The notes under the pieces are model-generated. The model saw only the letters and a program-made list of their open reading frames with translations. It was not told the origin of the DNA and made no database searches. The translations under genes were made by a program, and so were the position numbers. Of a DNA stretch of 64,000 bases, positions 1 to 11,903 are shown piece after piece. The DNA is from the human T2T-CHM13v2.0 reference genome, Homo sapiens, in NCBI RefSeq assembly GCF_009914755.1, contig NC_060931.1; one strand, 5' to 3'. How positions within the stretch are numbered: position 1 is the first letter of the stretch; every line of letters starts with the position of its first letter.

Positions 1-1105
1 GAAAAGTTCAAATCAGTGAGTTGAGTACACAGTTCACAAAGAAGTTTCTGAGAATTCTTCTGTCTAGTTTTTAAGGGGAGATATTTCCTTTTTCACCAAA
101 GGCCTCAAAGCGCTCCAAGTTTCCACTTACAGATTCTACAAAAAGAGTGTTTCAAAAGTGCTCTGTGAAAAGGAATGTTCAACTCTGTGAGTTGAATGCA
201 AGCATCACAAAGTAGTTTCTGAGAATGCTTCTGTCTATTTTTTTTGTGAATATATACCGGTTTCCAGCGAGGCTTCAAAGCTGTCCAAATATCCCCTTGT
301 AAATTCTACAAAGAGAGGGTTTCTAATCTGCTCTTTCAAAAGAAAGTTTCAACGCTGTGAGTTGAATGCACACATCACATAGAACTTTCTGAGAATGCTT
401 TTGTCTAGTTTTATGTTAAGATAGTCCAGTTTCCAACGAAAACCCCAATGCTGTCCAAATATCCGCCTGTAAATTCTACAAGAAGAGTGTTTCAAAACTG
501 CTGTATCAAAGGGAAGGTTTAACTCTGTGAATTGAGTACACACATCGCAAAGTAGTTTCTGAGAATGCTTCTGTCTACTTTTATGTGAAGATATTTCCTT
601 TTTCACCATAGGTCTCAAATGCTCCAAATGTCCACTTGCAGATTCTACAAAAAGAGTGTTTCAAAACTGCTCTATGAAAAGGAATGTTCACCTCTGTGAT
701 TTGAATGCAAGCATCTCAAAGAAGTTTCAGAGAATGCTTCTGTCTAGTTTTTATGTGAAGATTTTCACGTTTCCAAAGAAAACCTCAAATCTATCCAAAT
801 ATCCACTTGCAGATTCTACAAAAAGAGTGTTTCAAAACTGCTGTAATGAGACAAAGGTTCAAATATGTGCATAGAGTACACACATCACTAAGAAGTTTCT
901 GACAATGCTTCTGTCTAGTTTTTATGTGAACATATTTCCTTTTTCACCGTAGACCTCAAAGTGCTCCAAATGTCCAATTCCGGATACTACAAAAAATGTG
1001 TTTCAAAGTGCTCTATGAAAGAGAATGTTCAACTCTGTGAGTTGAATGCAAACATAACAAAGAAGTTTCTTAGAATGCTTCTCTCTAGTTTTTACGTGAA
1101 GATAT

Positions 1106-1122
1106 TCCCGTTTCCAACGAAA
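1106..1122 (-). promoter_or_regulatory. CENP-B box, intact core
   Basis: tcccgtttccaacgaaa = reverse complement TTTCGTTGGAAACGGGA, matching NTTCGNNNNANNCGGGN. Confidence 0.92.
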
Positions 1123-2296
1123 TCCTCAAAGCTATCCAAATATCCACTTGCATATTCTACAAAACAGTGTTTCAAAACTGCTGTATCAAAAGAAAGGATC
1201 AACTCTGTGAGTTGAGTACACCATCACAAAGAAGTTTCTGATAATGCCTCTGTCTAGTTTTTATGTGAAGATATTTCCTTTTTCACCATAGGCCTCAAAG
1301 GGCTCCAAATATGCTTTTCCATATACTACAAAAAGAGTGTTTCAAAACGGCTCTATGAAAGGGAATGTTCAACTCTGTGAGTTGAATGCAAGCATCACAA
1401 AAAATTTTCTGAGAATCCTTCTGTCTAGTTTTTATGTGAAGATATTCCCATTTCCAACGAAATCCTCAATCCTGTCCTAATATCCCCATGTAAATTCTAC
1501 AAGAAGTGTATTCCAAAACTGCTGTATCAAAGGAAAGATTTAACTCTTTGAGTTGAGTACACTCATGACAAAGTAGTTTCTGAGAATGCTTCTTTCTACT
1601 TTTTATGTAAAGATATTTCTTTTTCACCAAAGGCCACAAAATGCTCCAAGTTTCCACCTACAGATTCTTCAAAAAGAGTGTTTCAAAACTGTTCTATGTA
1701 AAGGAATGTTCTCCTCTGTGAGTTGAATGCAAGCATCACAAAGATGTTTCTGAGAATGCTTCCGTCTAGTTTCTTTGTGAATATATACCCGTTCCCACCG
1801 TAGGCCTCAAAGTTGTCCAAATATCCACTTGCAAATATTACCAACAGAGGGTTTCCAATCTGCTCTGTCAAAAGAAAGTTTCAACTCTGTGAGTTGAATG
1901 CAAACATCAAAAGAAAGTTTCTGAGAATGCTTCTGTCTACTTTTATGTGAAGATATTCCCGTTTCCAATGAAAATCTCAATGCTGTCCAAATATCCGCTT
2001 GTAAATTCTACAAGAAGAGTGTTTCAAAACTGCTGTATCAAAGGAAAGGTTTAACTCTGAGTGGAGTACACACATAACAAAGTAGTTTCTGAGAATGCTT
2101 CTGTCTACCTTTTATGTGAAGATATTTCCTTTTTCACCATAGGTCCCAAATCACTCCAAATGTCCACTTGCAGATTCTATAAAAAGAGTGTTTCAAAACT
2201 GTGCTATGAATACAAATGTTCAACTCTGTGTGTTGAATGAAAACATCACAAAGAAGTTTCTGACAATGATTCTCTCTAGTTTTTATGTGAAGATAT

Positions 2297-2313
2297 TCCC
2301 GATTCCAACGAAA
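2297..2313 (-). promoter_or_regulatory. CENP-B box, intact core
   Basis: tcccgattccaacgaaa retains all 9 core positions. Confidence 0.88.
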
Positions 2314-2807
2314 TCCTCAAAGCTATCCAAATATCCACTTTCAGACCCTACAAAAAGAGTGCTTCAAAACTGCTCTATCAAAGGAAAAGTTCAACTCTGT
2401 GAGTTGAATCCAAACATCACAAAGAAGTTTCTGAGAATGCTTCTCTCTAGTTTTTATGTGAAGACATTCCCGATTCCAATGAAATCCTCAAAGCTATCCA
2501 AATATCCACTTGCAGACTCTACAAAAAGAGTGTTTCAAAACTGCTCCATCAAAGGAAAAGTTCAACTCTGTGAGTGGAGTATACACATCACACAGAAGTT
2601 TCTGAGAATTCTTCTGTGTAGTTTTTATGGGAACATATTTCTTTTTCACCAGAGGCCTCAAAGCGCTAAAATTTCCACCAACAGATTCTTCAAAAAGTGT
2701 GTTACAAAACTGCTCTATTAAAAGGAATGTTCAACTCTGTGAGTTGAATGCAAACATCACAAAGACGTTTCTGAGAATGCTTCTGTCTAGTTTTTATGTG
2801 AAGATAT

Positions 2808-2824
2808 TCCCGTTTCCAACGAAA
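2808..2824 (-). promoter_or_regulatory. CENP-B box, intact core
   Basis: tcccgtttccaacgaaa, canonical. Confidence 0.92.
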
Positions 2825-3491
2825 GCCTCAAAGCTATCCAAATATCAACTTGCACGTTCTAAAAAAAGAGAGTTTCAAAATCGCTGTATCAAAAGAAATA
2901 TTCAACTCTGTGAGTTGAGTACACACATCTCAAAGAAGTTTCTGAGAATGCTTCTGTCTAGTTTTTATGTGAAGATATTTCCTTTTTCACCATAGGACTC
3001 AAAACGGTCAAAATGTCCAATTCCAGATAGTACAAAAAGAGTGTTTCAAATCTGCCCTATGAAAGAGAATGTTCAAATCTGTGAGTTGTAAGCAAACATC
3101 ATAAAGGTGTTCATGAGAATGCTTCTGTGTAGTTTTTATGTGAAGATATTCCCATTTGCAACGAAATCCTCAAATCTATCCAAATATCAACTTGCAGATT
3201 CTACAAAAAGAGTGTTTCAAAACTGCTTTATCAAAAGAAAGGTTCAACTCTGTGAGTTGAGTACACACATCACAAAGTAGTTTCTGAGAATGCTTCTGTC
3301 TACTTTTTATGTGAAGATATTTCGTTTTTCACCATAGGCCTCAAAGCACTCAAAATGTCCACTTCCAGATACTACAAAAGGAGTATTTCAAACGTGCCCT
3401 ATGAAAGAGAATGTTCAAATCTGTGACTTGAATGTAAACAAAACAAAGTTGTTTCTGTGAATGCTTCTGTCTACTTTTTATATGAAGATAT

Positions 3492-3508
3492 TCCCGTTTG
3501 AAACGAAA
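3492..3508 (-). promoter_or_regulatory. CENP-B box, intact core with variant non-core bases
   Basis: tcccgtttgaaacgaaa retains all 9 core positions. Confidence 0.85.
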
Positions 3509-4986
3509 TACTCAAAGCTATCAAAATATCCACTTGCAGATTCTACAAAAAGAGTGTTTCAAAACTGCTCTATCAAAAGAAAGGTTCAAATTTGTTAGTT
3601 GAGCACAACCATCACAAACAAGTTTCTGAGAATGCTTCTGTCTAGTTTTTATGGGAAGAGATTTCCTTTTTCACCATAGGCCTCAAAGTGCTCCAAATGT
3701 CCACTTCCAGACACTACAAAAGGAGTATTTCAAACCTGCTCTATGAAAGGAAATGTTCAATTCTGTGACGTGAAAGCAAACATCACAAAGAAATTGCGGA
3801 GAATGCTTCTGTCTACTTTTTATATAAAGATATTCCCTTTTCCAACGAAATCCTGCAAGCTATCCAAATATCCACGTGCAGATTCTACAAAAAGAGTGTT
3901 TCAAAACTGCTCTATCAAAAGACAGGTTCAACTCTGTTAGTTGAGCACACACATCACAAACAAGATTCTGAGAATGCTTCTGTCTAGTTTTTATGGGAAG
4001 AGATTTCCTTTTTCACCATAGACCTCAAAGCGCTCCAAATGTCAACTTCCAGATACTACAAAGGGAGTGTTTCAAACGTGCTCTATGAAAGAGAATGTTG
4101 AACTCTGTGACTTGAATGCAAACATCACAAAAAGTTTCTCAGAATGCTTCTGTCTACTTTTTATATGAAGATATTCCCGTTTCCAATGAAATCCTCAAAT
4201 CTATCCAAATATCAACTTGCAGATTCTACAAAAAGAGTGTTTCAAAACTGCTCTAACAAAAGAAAGGTTCAATTCTGTTAGTTGAGTACACACATCATGA
4301 ACAAGTTTCTGAGAATGCTTCTGTCTAGTTTTTATGGGAACAGATTTCCTTTTTATATAATTAAGAATTAATTCACATTAATTATTGGGGAGAAATAATT
4401 ATTAAGAATTAATGACTGAGAAAATGTTTTTATTTTTTATTTAGAAAATTATTTTGTGCATGAGCATTACCGCAAGTTTTGCAAGAAACATAAATTTAAA
4501 GAAACAATTATGTGCACAAGATGAATTTAATAACATTGATATTTTCCACGATTAGCATTTTCTTTGGTAAATCTTTAAATGCACAGCATCAAAAGATAAT
4601 AAATGAATCTTAGAAATCTTGTAGGTAAGGGTAAATATTAGGATGCATCCAGTTACATTTACACACACATACATGCATACAGACTGATACACGTGTGTAT
4701 ATATACATAAGAATTTATTAATTGATTGTAACTAATATTTATAAGAGCCAGTTGGATTGATATATATTGTTGAACCTGAAAAATATTTATTATATACATG
4801 TTTAAAATACACACAGAAATAAATAGTAATTGCACTAGGCATTTGAAACTGTACTAAAATATAAGCTGTGAATATTTTGTGATCATTACAAATTCTTACA
4901 CTGAATAAATATTTTTATTTTTACAATATTAATATGTTTGACACCTGTGTACATTTTTTACAATGTGTTATTTTATTTTTGTCATA

Positions 4987-5238
4987 GAGTCATGTCATGC
5001 ATAATAACAAGATACATAACCTCTTACCACTGTGTTCTTATTGCCTGCAGTATTCAGTACAGTAATGTAGTACACAGGTTTGTAACCTGGGAGAGAGAGA
5101 CTACACCATATAACTTAGACGTGGTAGGCTGTACAATCTAGGTGTTTGTAATATTCTCTGTGATGTTTGCAAAATGATGAAATTGCCTATGGATACATCT
5201 GTTAGAATGTATCCCTATCATTCAGTGACGTGTGACTG
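4987..5238 (+). mobile_element. Tigger3/MER7-type non-autonomous TcMar DNA transposon (internally deleted)
   Basis: 'ttgcctgcagtattcagtacagtaatg...gtatccctatcattcagtgacgtgtgactg' matches the Tigger3 3' end. Decayed terminal inverted repeats (gagtcatg.../...gtgactg) are flanked by TA on both sides (4985-4986, 5239-5240). Confidence 0.8.
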
Positions 5239-5789
5239 TACTAAAATGCTCAAGGTAAGTTTCAATGCCCTCCATAAAATTGTTGTACTGTGAAATACAA
5301 ATCTCTCACCCATGGCCTGAATATGTTTGCAAACTAAGCAGATCATGGGAAGGAGAATGTGCTGGCATCGCTGGGATGATTTTCTCACACTACCTGAATA
5401 ATATCTACAGACTTCGTGAATATGAGCCACTTGCATAGAGTTAAAGTAGGCATCTCTTTGCTGGGAAATTTATCAAATGGGAGTAAGAAGTGTTTTTAAA
5501 AGATACTTGTTTGTTTGTAGCTGGTAGGCCTACAGTGGCTCATGCAATTGTTGAGGTTGCTAAGATTTGGTGGAAGAAGGCAAAATGAAATGGCCACTTA
5601 TATGGTATATGGTATATGGATCGCTTTTTTCTGTTGAGTTACAGACTCAGCTGGCTATTTCTCCCAATGTTAGTTATTTGGAGAAAAAAAAACATGATGG
5701 TAATTTTGGGGTAACAAATACAATATTTGATGAAAGCATATTTATTGAGGGTTAGACAAACTACAAGATACTTTAGGCTGCAAAGTCAA

Positions 5790-6145
5790 CACGAGACTTC
5801 TGGCCCAAATTGTGCAGAGTTTGCGTCCAGCTGCAAAGTTCAAAGGAAGAGGCCATATAAGACGATTCTCACTTCTGACACCAACTGCCAGTTCAGGGGT
5901 TTCCCCTGAACACCCTCAGTTTCTAGAATTTACTAGAAAGACTCACAGAACTCATTGAATGTCATTGTACTCATGGTTTATAATAGAGAAAGGGTAGAAA
6001 TTAGGACCAATTGAAGAGACATATCATATAAGGTGGAATCTAGGAGATTTTGAATGTTAAGATTCCATTGTCTTCAGGACATATTACCTGTCACTGTTGT
6101 ACAGCAATAAACATGGAGTACTACCAACCTGGGGAGCTCACCTGA
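5790..6145 (-). mobile_element. LTR fragment, MER21/MER68/MER77 group
   Basis: 'cacttctgacaccaactgccagttcagggg...actcacagaactcattgaa...ccaacctggggagctcacctga' resembles the antisense strand of this LTR group. Confidence 0.6.
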
Positions 6146-6199
6146 TGCTAAAAAGACACTATTTAGAAAATGAAAAGACAAATGAAAGGATGAGATAAG

Positions 6200-8720
6200 A
6201 TGACCTTCCACATTAAGGCACTGGAAAGAATAGCAAACTAAACCTAAAGCAAGCAGAAGGAAGAAAATAAAAATTAGAGAAATTAATAATTTATAATAAT
6301 AATATTTGTTAGTGTTGAATAATTGATATTAATTCTTGACTAGCTTTTTTAAAAGAGAGAAATATTCACTTCCCAATTTATTCTGTGGGGCCAGTGTTAC
6401 CTTGATACAAAAATTAGTCCAAATAGCATAGAAAAATAAAACTACTATAAGTATAAATGCAAAATTCCTTAAAAAATACTAAAAAGTCAGATTTAGCAAC
6501 ATATGAAAGAATTATACACTATGACAAAGTGAAATTTATACAAGTAATCCCAGGTTTGTTTAACAGCCCAAAATCCATTAAGGTAATACATCTTATCCAT
6601 GGAATAAGAAACGAGAATTCCATGATCATCTCGATAGTTTCGGAAAAGACTTTTAACAAAATCCAAATGCTTTAATGATTAAAAATAAAAATAAAAACTC
6701 AATGAACCTGGAATAGAGAACTTTCTACACCAGATACATGGCACCTGTGAAAAGCCAACAGCAAGCATGCAACTTAATGGTAAAGGATGCTTTCCTGCTA
6801 TGGTCAGAGATTAGAATAGGATATATACTTTGACCTCTTCTAGTCAACACTGTACTAAAGATTATATGCAGGGCAAATCGGCAACTATAAAAATAAGAGT
6901 CACCCATATTGAACAGGAAGAAATAAAACTTGATTTGAAAATAACATTCTTGTATATAGAAAATTTTAAGGAATCCACTGAACGATAGAACTAGTAAATT
7001 ATTTCAGCAATATTACAGCATACAAGATAAATGTACAAAAATCAATTGCACACATCTACAATGAAAACCCCAAAATGAAATTAAGAAAACAGTTCAATTT
7101 AAAATAGCATCAAAAAAAGAAATAATAATTAATTTGGAAAATGTGATACAAGAGTTTACTCTGAAAATTAAAAATTATTGTTTAAAGAATATCTAAATAA
7201 TTAGCAAACATCTTCCACCCATGAATTGGAAGATTTAATATTGTAGTACTTTACAATTTGAACTACAGTTTTGATGAAATCCCTGCAAATATCCCAACAG
7301 ACTTCTGTCTAGAAATTGACAAGCTGATTCTAACATACACATGGAATTGTAAGGGACACCAAATAGCCAGAATAATCTTGAAAAAAGAAAGCATATTAGG
7401 ATAATTCACACCCCCATGCTCCAAACCTTACTGTAAAGTATCAGTAATCAAGACAACACAATACTGATGAAGGAAAAATATATAGATTGATGGAAGAGAA
7501 TTGAGAGTCCATATAGAAAACTATGTGTCTATAGTCAGTGGATTCTTACAGTGGTGTCATGTGCAATTCAATGAGGAAGAGACAGTCTTTGAATAAACTG
7601 GGTCAACAATGTACACGTAGATCCCCACTTGCAAAATAATAAATTCGAACCCTTACCCCAAAGCATACAATAATATTAACTCAAATGAATTAAAGACACA
7701 CATGCAAGAGCTAGAATAAAGCATATGGGAAAATCTTCAGGATTTTGGATCTAGCAAAGAAATAGCTGTAACACCAAAAACATGAGCAACAAAATAAAAA
7801 TTAGATATTTAAAATTTCTTAAAAATTAAAGACGTTGGTGTTTCAAAGGATAACCAAGCAAGTCAAAAGGCAGCTCTAAAATTGTGAGAAGATATTTGAA
7901 AAACACGTATCTATATATCTGTATATATATGAATCTTGAATATAGAAAAATTGTTTTAACTCAGTAACAAATATCCCAACTCAAAACTGATAAATGATAG
8001 GAATAGATGTGTTTCCCAAGAAGACACACGAACGGTCAATAATCCCATAAAAACATACCCAATAGCATCACTCATCAGGAAACTACAAATCAAAACCACA
8101 GTTAGATACTCTATGGCTAGAACTGGCCACTTTGGAAAATAATTTGATGGCTTCTAAATATGTGAAACATAGAATTGTCATATGACCCAGAAATTTATTC
8201 CTAGGTATACACCCAGATTATTGGAAAGAGGTGTTCAAACACAAATTGTACACAAATATTTTTAGCAGCAGTATTTAAAATAGCCAAAGGCTGAACACAA
8301 CTCAAATGTCAATAAAAATATTATTGGATAAACAAATGTTTTATCCATGAAATTGAATGTTATACAGTTATAAAAAGAAATAAAGTACCAATACGTACAT
8401 GAACCTTGATAGCATTATGCCAACTGAAAGAAGCCAGGCAGAAAAGGCCACCTATTGTATGATTCCATTTAGATGAAAACAGAATAGGAAAATCTATAGA
8501 GACAGAAAACAGATTTGTGGTTGCTTAGGATTGAGTAGGGGATGGGTGCATAGGAGGTTAACAGCTAGAGAAGGTGGGGTTTCTTTTTGAAGTGATGAAA
8601 ATGCTCTAAAATTCAATGTGATGATGGCTCCACTTATCTGTGCATATACTAAAAGCCACTGACTTGTAGACATTAATGTGTGCACTCTACACTATGTAAA
8701 TTATATCTCAATAAATCCTT
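6200..8720 (+). mobile_element. Decayed, 5'-truncated LINE-1 (L1MB7/8-like): ORF2 RT and C-terminal remnants plus 3' UTR
   Basis: ORF 6457-6675 (ERIIHYDKVKFIQVIPGLFNSPKSIKVIH...MIISIVSEKTFNKIQ) aligns with L1 ORF2 [27 protein letters not shown]...HMIISIDAEKAFDKIQ. L1MB-type 3' UTR ends 'aattatatctcaataaa' (AATAAA 8710-8715). Many stops and deletions. Confidence 0.92.
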
Positions 8721-8759
8721 TCAAAAATACACAGAAGAGTAAGGGGTTTTGGAATGTTG

Positions 8760-9075
8760 CAAATGGGAGGCAGTTTGAAATACTGAATAGGCCTCATCGA
8801 GAATGTGAAGTTTCAGTAAAGACTTGAGGAAGTTGAATGAGCTGATGAATGGATATATGGAGGGCTATCTTTCCAAGACAAGAAATTAACTAGAGTCTTT
8901 GTCATAAGGCAGCAGCATGTTGGCATGTCCAGAGGACAGTGAGGTGGCCAGGACCATTGGTAAGTTCAAGGGTGAAGATATAAAAGAGTTTCGGCGGTTA
9001 ACATGCGGCAGATCGTGATGGGCTTGCAGACCATTGTAAGAATTGTTGTTTTTAGTTTACATGAAATGGGGAGAC
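8760..9075 (-). mobile_element. LINE-2 fragment
   Basis: 'ggcctcatcgagaatgtgaagtttcagtaaagacttgagg...ggcagatcgtgatgggcttgcagaccattgtaagaatt' resembles antisense L2a. Confidence 0.65.
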
Positions 9076-10429
9076 AAGTCATTATCCCATTATCAATATT
9101 TTAATAAATTGGGTCCATGAACCAAATCCAATGAGATTAAATCAATTAATAATAATATTCAAATTGGTATTAAAATTACAAGAATTATGTGCATATTTGA
9201 GAACAGGAGAGTCATGATTGTTTATCCGCAATAATAAACATTATTAATTTTAATTGTGATCAGCTAAAGGAAATTAATTGCAATACATCATGCTTTATAA
9301 TGTGACTGTCAAAAGGAAACTATGATTGTAATCTTACACTACATCTATCAATGTCTTTGATTCATAAGACTATAGAGTAAGCCCCTAGTTTTCAAAGCCA
9401 ACTTTTGAGGCAGTGACATCTTATGCAAGTTTGCTGCTTTCTGCCACAGTGATCCTTGGTCAGCTGTCACAAATTGTTTTACAAACGCCCCTAGGTCTAA
9501 AAATAGTTTGGATCACAATGAACACAGAATCACCTTCATCCCTTCAGAAATACCTATCAATTACTTCCAATACAGAATGAAAAATTGACAAAGGAAATAT
9601 GTGGATTGTAAAAATGCCAGTTAGCTTGCATCTACATGAAAGAAAAATGCCATTTTTATTACATTAGATCATTGTTTCACATGAGTTTTGGCATGGCACA
9701 ATGTTGAACCAAGGGCAAAGAGAGATAAATTAATGAAGTCTTAAGACATCAAGAATTTGAAAGAAAAGGCAGGTTATCTTTGAAGTTTAGTGACATAGCA
9801 TTCATCTTCTGTTGTCACCTTTTCTGTCATTTCCTGTATGCCTGATGGACAGGTTTCACTCAAGTTCAGAGAACAGCATGCAAAATTAGCTACCAGTTAA
9901 TCTTTATGAAGTGAGCTGCATTTCTAGCCAGACTGAGCTTACGTTTTAGCAGGAAGCATTTTTGGGAAATGTTTATGTTAGAGTTTGCCCTTCTTGACAA
10001 GGTAAGACATAAATGTCTACTTTAGAGACATGAATTAAGATGGGAAGATATTTGGGGGAATCATTTACTCAAACTCTAAATAATAAAGGTACACAAAGGG
10101 CAAATTATACTAGATTTCTTTCCCACTTGTTTTCTATGTCTCATGCAATTCACCTTGATTCCCTTCAGTTTCTGTTTAATGTAGAAAGTGGCATTTTCAT
10201 TATTTTAAACTTCTAGCACAATGAAAGAATTTCTCTTTTTCATGAACAGAATCATAAATGAAAGGGAGGAAGAGTGTCCTATATCATATTTATTGTTCAA
10301 CAAAACACTGCTCCACAGCTTAAATTCAGTTTAAAAAAGAGAATTTATTGAACATCTAACACATACATAAAAGGCAGTAAAGACAAATGAGAAGAGGGCA
10401 GGATATTGAAGTATACAGACTTCAATGCT

Positions 10430-10590
10430 GAGTTTTATATCTTAGGAAGTTACTCCACCTTACAGAGGCTCAATTTCCCCTGATCTAGGAAGGCGATGCT
10501 AATGGGTATTGCATAGGTGTAAGTTGAAAAATGTTGTATTTAAGAGAATCCCACAAGCTTGGTATAAGGCAGAAAATAAATAGATGTGAC
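10430..10590 (+). mobile_element. MIR SINE remnant
   Basis: 'cttaggaagttactccaccttacagaggctcaatttcccc' resembles the MIR core 'cttgggcaagttacttaacctctctgagcctcagtttcctc'. Confidence 0.5.
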
Positions 10591-10669
10591 ATGAATAAGT
10601 AGTTTATTACATTTGTATGCTACCTGCGGACTAGAGGAAGCAAGAAACACAGCCACTATGCTTGATTAG

Positions 10670-10894
10670 CATTATAGAGATGGTACAATGATGGTTGTCA
10701 GAAGGTGGGGGGAGGAAGAAATGGGGAAGTATTGTTTAATGGGTATAGAGTTTCAGTTTTACAAGATGAAACGAATTATGGAGAACATAACAGCTGCACA
10801 ATGTTATGACTCTATTTAGTACCACTGAACTGTACACTTAAAATGGTCAAGAGTACATTTTATGTTATGTGCATTTTACCACAATAAAAAAAAA
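10670..10894 (+). mobile_element. LINE-1 3' end fragment (L1MB3/4-like)
   Basis: 'tgtttaatgggtatagagtttcagttttacaagatgaa...accactgaactgtacacttaaaatgg...ttttaccacaataaaaaaaaa'. Confidence 0.85.
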
Positions 10895-11199
10895 TACCTT
10901 AGGAACATTTTCATGAAAAAGCCCACATAAAATTCATTTTAATGCACGTGTTTATGCATAGCTTTCTATTTTTCTCTTTTCTCTTTATATTCCAAATTCT
11001 AATCAGAGAAGGGAATCCCCTCTGTACCTCCAGGATATTCAGTAAAGACAACTGGAGGTTTATGCCCTAGTGACAGTGCTCATTTAGCTCCAAATTACAG
11101 ATGGCTCTAGACTAACTCAACAAAGTTTAAAGAGAAGAATTAAAACAACAACAAATACTCATCCTGAAGTTACTGAATTCCCTGCCACAACATTGTTCA

Positions 11200-11720
11200 A
11201 AGGTAGCCAATGAAATGTAGATATTAAATAGCATAACATCAAAATACCCAAAAAAAACTCTGACATGCAAAGAAGCCGTAAGATATATATAATTAAGATA
11301 TATATTAACAGGATAAAAATAAGTCATTTATAAATGACAGAAAACGGGAAAATTTCAAGGTCCTTAAATTAAATATATTTTATAAATACATATAGATAAA
11401 TACGTATATATGTCAAGGTACTTAAATGAAAATTGAACATAGGAGAAAAATAGAAGTTATAAAATGAAAAATGTGACATGTATAGATGAAAAATAGATAT
11501 TTGAAATAAAAATTCCATGAGATAGAACAAGTAATGGATTTTATCCTAACATCAGAAAATTTATAGAAAAAAATAGAAGCTTTACAAACTAAAGGACAAA
11601 GGGTAAACTAAAATAAGAAGGCCAGAAACTCGCTGATACGTCAGACGATATCCAGCAGTGTAACATACATGTAATCAATATCTCAAAAAGAATGGGTGGG
11701 GGAATTATAGGTGAATAAAG
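11200..11720 (+). mobile_element. Highly decayed ancient L1M fragment, ORF1 region
   Basis: A-rich sequence with 'atatttgaaataaaaattcc' and 'gtgtaacatacatgtaatc' motifs typical of old L1 ORF1. Confidence 0.45.
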
Positions 11721-11726
11721 AATGGT

Positions 11727-11903
11727 ACACTCATTCCTGAGGGCACCGAGGAGGGAGGATAGCTTTAGATTTCTTAGGGAGGGTATTATCCATTCATGAA
11801 GTTCCAACCCCATGTACAAACACCTCCCAGTAAGCCCCATCTGCGACATTGGGGATCAAATTTTAACATGAGATTGGAAGGGGCGAGTATTCAAACCATA
11901 GCA
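11727..11903 (-). mobile_element. MaLR LTR fragment (MSTB-like)
   Basis: 'ccattcatgaagttccaacccc...aaacacctcccag...cattggggatcaaattttaacatgagattgg...caaaccatagca' matches the antisense MST LTR terminus. Confidence 0.8.

Larger units (their letters stand above)
1..4354 (-). repeat. Alpha satellite, ~25 diverged 171-bp monomers, irregular A/B alternation (SF5-like, D1/D2-like at the distal end)
   Basis: 171-bp periodic motifs 'gtttctgagaatgcttctgtctag', 'ttctacaaaaagagtgtttcaaaactg' and 'caactctgtgagttgaatgca', the reverse complement of the alphoid consensus. About 12 A-type ('tttcctttttcaccataggcc') and 14 B-type ('tcccgtttccaacgaa'-like) monomers. Confidence 0.98.

Noticed and set aside
349-3940. 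ORFs up to 177 aa with repeated 'KRVFQNCS...VQLCELN...KKFLRMLLSSFYVKIFP'
   Set aside because: Translations of 171-bp (57-codon) alpha-satellite monomers; these are known spurious proteins.
1-4354. Possible active centromeric HOR array
   Set aside because: Monomers are diverged, alternation is irregular and most CENP-B boxes are broken. No near-identical HOR copies are present.
6457-6675. ORF with reverse-transcriptase similarity (retron or RT system?)
   Set aside because: A short open stretch of a decayed L1MB ORF2 with frameshifts and stops on both sides and an L1 3' UTR downstream.
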